Below, in pieces: positions 59,838 to 64,000 of a stretch of DNA of 64,000 bases; the stretch's first letter is position 1; every line of letters starts with the position of its first letter. The translations under genes and the position numbers were made by a program. The DNA comes from a plasmid, in sequence record NZ_CP096708.1. One strand, given 5' to 3'. The notes under the pieces are model-generated. The model searched no databases. It saw only the letters and a program-made list of their open reading frames with translations, and had not been told where the DNA came from.

Positions 59838-61127
59838 ATGTCAAATAAAATCATATTTTTGATAGATATCAACAATGCTTATTGCTCCTTTGAAAGAGTA
59901 TTTAATCCTAAACTCAATGATCGTGCTGTAATTGTTACTAGCAATGGAGACGGTTGCATAGTAGCTCGTTCAGCAGAAGCAAAGGCGCTTAATATTCCGA
60001 TGGGTGCACCACTATTTAAAGTCATTGATATTGTGAAAAGGCACAATGTAATTGTTTTATCAAGCAATTATGCTTTATATGGAGAGATGAGTAGAAGGTT
60101 TCATAACATATTACGAGATTACGTAACTTATGAGGAACATGAAGAATATTCAATTGATGAAGCCTGGATTGATTTAACTTCTTATGTTCAAAATTATGAC
60201 TTAAATAATATAGCAAAAGAAATACTTCAGCGTTTAAAACAGTGGCTTGGAGTGCCCTGCTGCATAGGAATTGGGAAAAGTAAGACAGAAGCAAAAATTT
60301 CAAATCACATCGCAAAAAAAAACCCACAATTCAAAGGTATATGTAATCTAGTTGATATGGATCCCTGTGATATAGAAGAACTATATTCTGGTATAGATGT
60401 TTCTGAAGTATGGGGAGTGGGCCGTAAATACTCAAAGCGGTTAAATGAAATAGGTATATTTACCGTGTTTGATCTTGCATGTGCTAATCCATTTGAGATG
60501 AAAAATAAATTTGGGGTAGTTATGCAAAGAACTATACTCGAACTTCAAGGTCAAGCTTGCATTCCTCTAGAACCAAAACCCCCAGCAAAGAAGCAAATAA
60601 TTTCATCACGCTCATTTGGTCAAAAAATAAATAACTTGCAGGATCTTAAGGAGGCAGCAACTCTCTTTACGCAAAATGCAGTAAGAAGACTCAGAGCTGA
60701 TGAACAACTATGCGGTGAAATCACTGGTTTTGTTCAATCTAACCCTTTTAGTAAAACTGAAAAATATTATAGTAAAGCAGTGGTATATAGGTTTCCAGAA
60801 CCAACAGATTGTGTTTTGGATATAGTTAAAATTTCGACTGCTTTAATGAATCAAGCATATATGCCAAATATAAATTTTAAAAAATGTGGGGTTGTATTAT
60901 CAAATTTAGAACCAAAGAATAAACATATTTATGATTTACTGACAGATATGCAAAATATTGAAAAGAAAGAAAAATTCATGAAATCATATGAGCTGATCCA
61001 AAGTAAATTCGGAAAGAAAAAATTAGCGGTCGGTGCTTGTAATTTACCAGGAAGAAATTGGTCTATGAAACAAGAACGTCTTAGTAATAACCCTTTTACT
61101 TGGAGTGGGTTGTTAAAAGTAAACTAA
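59838..61127 (+). CDS. umuC: UmuC-like Y-family DNA polymerase (about 429 aa); no umuD upstream
   Basis: N-terminus FLIDINNAYCSFERVF resembles the UmuC FALCDVNAFYASCE motif. Start taken at MSNK. Confidence 0.75.
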   Translation: MSNKIIFLIDINNAYCSFERVFNPKLNDRAVIVTSNGDGCIVARSAEAKALNIPMGAPLFKVIDIVKRHNVIVLSSNYALYGEMSRRFHNILRDYVTYEEHEEYSIDEAWIDLTSYVQNYDLNNIAKEILQRLKQWLGVPCCIGIGKSKTEAKISNHIAKKNPQFKGICNLVDMDPCDIEELYSGIDVSEVWGVGRKYSKRLNEIGIFTVFDLACANPFEMKNKFGVVMQRTILELQGQACIPLEPKPPAKKQIISSRSFGQKINNLQDLKEAATLFTQNAVRRLRADEQLCGEITGFVQSNPFSKTEKYYSKAVVYRFPEPTDCVLDIVKISTALMNQAYMPNINFKKCGVVLSNLEPKNKHIYDLLTDMQNIEKKEKFMKSYELIQSKFGKKKLAVGACNLPGRNWSMKQERLSNNPFTWSGLLKVN

Positions 61128-61162
61128 AGGCAAAATAAGTTTGTGACTTAGAGTTTTTAAGT

Positions 61163-61196
61163 ACATTCATTTTGAATGTACTTAAAAAATTAGCGG
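61163..61196. repeat. Perfect 14-bp inverted repeat TTTAAGTACATTCA-TTT-TGAATGTACTTAAA
   Basis: Lies between convergent genes. No clean T-run. Confidence 0.4.
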
Positions 61197-61411
61197 CTAG
61201 ACGTAAAAAAAGGAGGAGTGAAGGGAGCTATATTTGAATGGCTTTTTGAATATGGAACATAGTGAAACTTTACTGAACTAATTCCTGGATCTTTGGCCCA
61301 TAAACCCCAAAGAACAAGAGTTAGGATCAAGAAAAATCCATTATCTAAAAAATAAGATACAAAATAGCCTAAGCCAGCACAGAGAATAAAAGTTAAGAAT
61401 TTTTTCATCAC
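61190..61411 (-). CDS. Small membrane protein (73 aa)
   Basis: Two TM helices. Confidence 0.35.
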   Translation of the reverse strand: MMKKFLTFILCAGLGYFVSYFLDNGFFLILTLVLWGLWAKDPGISSVKFHYVPYSKSHSNIAPFTPPFFTSSR

Positions 61412-61455
61412 TTTACCTCTTTAAATATAAGCTTCAGCCTTTTCGGCTTCAGAAG

Positions 61456-61704
61456 CTATTGTTGTTCAATGATAATCATGTGAGCAGGGCTTGTCGGAAT
61501 AGGTGCACGATAAGCTACTACTCTATATCCAGAATTGTATAAATCTTCAACTGAGAAGCGTTGCTTAGCATTAAGGAAAGAACAAGTATATTGTTCTCCG
61601 TTATTCATTGAATAGCACGTACCACCTTTTTTTGCAGCTAATGCAACTTGTGAAGCCGAAACAGAAGCCAAAGCAAGCAAAAATGGAACAAGAATTTTTT
61701 TCAT
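61456..61704 (-). CDS. Small secreted protein (82 aa)
   Basis: Signal peptide ending at AxA. Confidence 0.4.
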   Translation of the reverse strand: MKKILVPFLLALASVSASQVALAAKKGGTCYSMNNGEQYTCSFLNAKQRFSVEDLYNSGYRVVAYRAPIPTSPAHMIIIEQQ

Positions 61705-62177
61705 TTATTTTCCCTCTATTGGAATTATTAAACTAAAATAATATGACTTGATCATATAATAGTCTAAAAAAATGGAAAAGTTAATATGAAAATGGTAATT
61801 GTGATTTTACTATCAATTTTGTACATAACAGGTTGTACAACCATACCTTACGACACGTATTACTCAACTCCAAGTCAATGTACAAACAGCACGTACTAAT
61901 TAGATTTGTGATAAAAAATAAATTTAAAATTGTGGATAACTAGGGTTAGATATGATATAAAATATTCTAAGTTGTAGCACTTTGATTGAAAAATTTAATT
62001 TTTGGTAAAAATGAGACAGCTAAAAAGCAGAAAGACCGAACGTTGGCGCGTTCAGTCTCTCGGATGTTAATAAAAGTTGGGCACGTTTATTAACTGGGTT
62101 ATATGTATAACGTAGATTCATAGTACATCTACTTCTTATCTTTTGCAAGCAAAAAGATACCTATAATTGCAGTCAAA

Positions 62178-63371
62178 GTGTGTCCAATTAATACGTTGGG
62201 CACGTACATGATAACTAGCAATATCTTTGCTACTGATAATAAATCTATATTAATCAGTAGGTTGTATGAAAATCTACCACGAAAACCATATTGTACCAAT
62301 GATTTCTTTGGGTTACGGATTCGTGAAAAAAAATCTGCAATATCACACTCGCACATACAATTTAATCACCCAAGCTTTAAACGCTACATCGTAATTGATG
62401 CTGATTATGCTGGGGCTGCTACAGCTTGGCGCTATGAATTCGCAGAAAATATACCTGTTCCAAATCTAATAGTCACAAATCCTGAAAACAGTCACTGCCA
62501 TTTTTATTATGAATTAAGTGCTCCAGTAAGTTTTACAGACTCATCGAGTAAAAAAGCACAAGAATTTTATAATGCTGTTAGTAAAAAGCTTACTGAAGTA
62601 CTAAGAGGGGATACAAATTACACAGGACTGATAGCAAAAAACCCTGCTCATGAAAAGTGGATTGTTGAAGCCCCTAGAATTGAAACATACAGCCTACATG
62701 AGCTTGTAGAGCATTTAGAGCTACATCCTCACGAATATCGGTCAATACCAGGTCAAAATAGCAAGCAAGAGCAAGTACAATGTATAAATGGCCGCAATGA
62801 CCATCTTTTTCATACAGTAAGAGTTAAAGCCTATGTTGATGTTAGAGACTTCAGATCAAAAACCTATCCACAATGGGAAGAACATGTAAGACAATTGCTG
62901 GTAGATCATAATTTAGAGTTAAATAACCCATTACCTTATTCAGAAATTAAAGCAACGGCCAAGTCGATAGCAAAATATTGTTGGAAAAAAGACGGCTATT
63001 GCTATCAAGAGTTTTGTGATCGCCAAATATCTAAAGCAAAGAAAGGTGGTCAAGCTAAAGCAGATAAATATATAGAATTAAGAAAAAAAGCAGTGGCTTT
63101 GCTTAGAAAGGGGAAAAATAAAAGATTAATAGCTCAACTTCTAAAAGTTTCCTACAGATCAGTTCTACGTTGGCTTTATAACGTCAAACTAGCGGCGGCC
63201 ATAATGCATCTTAGAGACTTAAAGAACATGTGTGACAATGCCCAAAATCAGATATTAGCCGCTTTTGTTGCCAGCTTAGCTGTCTTATTCCTTGATGAGT
63301 TTATTTATGACTTTACTCAAGATGATATTTTAACAATTAACTTAACTTTTAATATTAAGATGCTTATTTAG
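62178..63371 (+). CDS. Putative replication initiation protein (397 aa)
   Basis: C-terminal HTH-like segment. Upstream direct repeats GTTGGGCACGT (62077-62087 and 62203-62213). Assignment is tentative. Confidence 0.35.
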   Translation: MCPINTLGTYMITSNIFATDNKSILISRLYENLPRKPYCTNDFFGLRIREKKSAISHSHIQFNHPSFKRYIVIDADYAGAATAWRYEFAENIPVPNLIVTNPENSHCHFYYELSAPVSFTDSSSKKAQEFYNAVSKKLTEVLRGDTNYTGLIAKNPAHEKWIVEAPRIETYSLHELVEHLELHPHEYRSIPGQNSKQEQVQCINGRNDHLFHTVRVKAYVDVRDFRSKTYPQWEEHVRQLLVDHNLELNNPLPYSEIKATAKSIAKYCWKKDGYCYQEFCDRQISKAKKGGQAKADKYIELRKKAVALLRKGKNKRLIAQLLKVSYRSVLRWLYNVKLAAAIMHLRDLKNMCDNAQNQILAAFVASLAVLFLDEFIYDFTQDDILTINLTFNIKMLI

Positions 63372-63438
63372 TATCACTTTGATTGATTTTTTTTGTAGAA
63401 TAGTATGACTTAGTTCTACTCATGAAAGGTCATTACAC

Positions 63439-63678
63439 TTGAATGAATTATTTTTATTTGACAGTAAGTATAGGATTTTACGAAATATTAGTAGTCTGCT
63501 TAGGCTAATTGTTATTACTCAACTAAGCGAACATGATAGTTCAGAGAATAAAAACTTACAATCACTTATTCAGATCTTAAATACTGGTTGTTTCTATAAT
63601 TGGGAAGCTTCGAAGTTAATAAGTTTTGAGAATGCTCTTAAAGATTATTATAAGGAAAATATTAACCATGAATTATAG
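63439..63678 (+). CDS. Small protein (79 aa), possible antitoxin-position partner
   Basis: Its stop overlaps the start of the next ORF. Confidence 0.3.
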   Translation: MNELFLFDSKYRILRNISSLLRLIVITQLSEHDSSENKNLQSLIQILNTGCFYNWEASKLISFENALKDYYKENINHEL

Positions 63679-64000
63679 TCAAGTTTTAAGTAAATACTTC
63701 GATATCTCAAAAGAAAACGCTATTGCACAAGAACACCCCGTGGCAATAATAACGATTGGCGCTGAAAATACAGGTAAAGAAGTTATCACTGCACAAGCAC
63801 AAAATGAATTAAGTCATCGAGGAGGATCAATTCTATTAGATAAAGACCTAATTTCTGTTGCGGATCCGCAACAAACTGAACATGAAAAATATAATACTTT
63901 TAAAGACTTATTAGAAAAGGCGAGTAATGAGAAATTTAATTTAGTTGTAAATCAAGATTTTAAGAGTGAATCTGAGTTTAAAGATATATCTAAAAATTTA
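63668..64000 (+). CDS. Partial ORF, zeta-toxin/P-loop-kinase-like N-terminus (runs off window)
   Basis: VAIITIGAENTGKEV, a P-loop-like but atypical motif. Contains palindrome copy 14 (63857-63872; V-A-D-P-Q). Confidence 0.3.
   Translation, partial: MNYSQVLSKYFDISKENAIAQEHPVAIITIGAENTGKEVITAQAQNELSHRGGSILLDKDLISVADPQQTEHEKYNTFKDLLEKASNEKFNLVVNQDFKSESEFKDISKNL
63857..63872. repeat. 16-bp palindrome (copy 14), intragenic
   Basis: Exact. Confidence 0.9.

Noticed and set aside
61786-61899. 37-codon lipoprotein-like mini-ORF (MKMVIVILLSILYITGCTT...) in the region upstream of the rep candidate.
   Set aside because: Too short to support without conservation. It may be real but cannot be judged from sequence alone.

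Overview
This window reads as a segment of a large, low-GC, Acinetobacter-type conjugative plasmid. It opens with parA/parB. A long array of about 25 small ORFs, all on the + strand, follows and then resumes on the far side of a transposon. That array is interrupted at 7968-16391 by an intact ISAba1-bounded composite transposon of Tn2009 type carrying blaOXA-23. The transposon has a 9-bp target duplication, GAACATCTA, and it splits a lipoprotein gene. Further on lie a candidate oriT (about 22.7-23.2 kb), a MobF-type relaxase and coupling protein (traI/traD), and a full F-like T4SS (traA, L, E, K, B, dsbC, V, C, trhF, W, U, trbC, N, F, H, G). A UmuC-like polymerase gene, a putative replication-initiator gene and a partial zeta-toxin-like gene close the window. 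The DNA-level structure is the unusual part. (1) A perfect 16-bp palindrome, GTTGCGGATCCGCAAC, occurs 14 times, in intergenic DNA and inside genes in two reading frames. (2) About 19 copies of a covarying hairpin plus Shine-Dalgarno leader (GAGCY-N4-RGCTT-AAGGTG) sit immediately before start codons. (3) A 21-nt box, GGAATCGGATAGGCTGATTTC, lies at the inferred transcription start of four promoters, including parAB. (4) Three families of highly structured 130-190-bp repeats (A, B, C) occur in the putative leading region and near umuC. (5) A duplicated accessory module inside the tra region encodes a Dam-like methyltransferase, a PD-(D/E)xK nuclease and small membrane proteins, all behind the same palindrome/hairpin leader. 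I read these together as a plasmid-wide regulon, possibly governed by the ParB/KorB-like protein, that controls a leading-region establishment or anti-defence island and an internal defence/exclusion-like module. None of this has been checked against databases.
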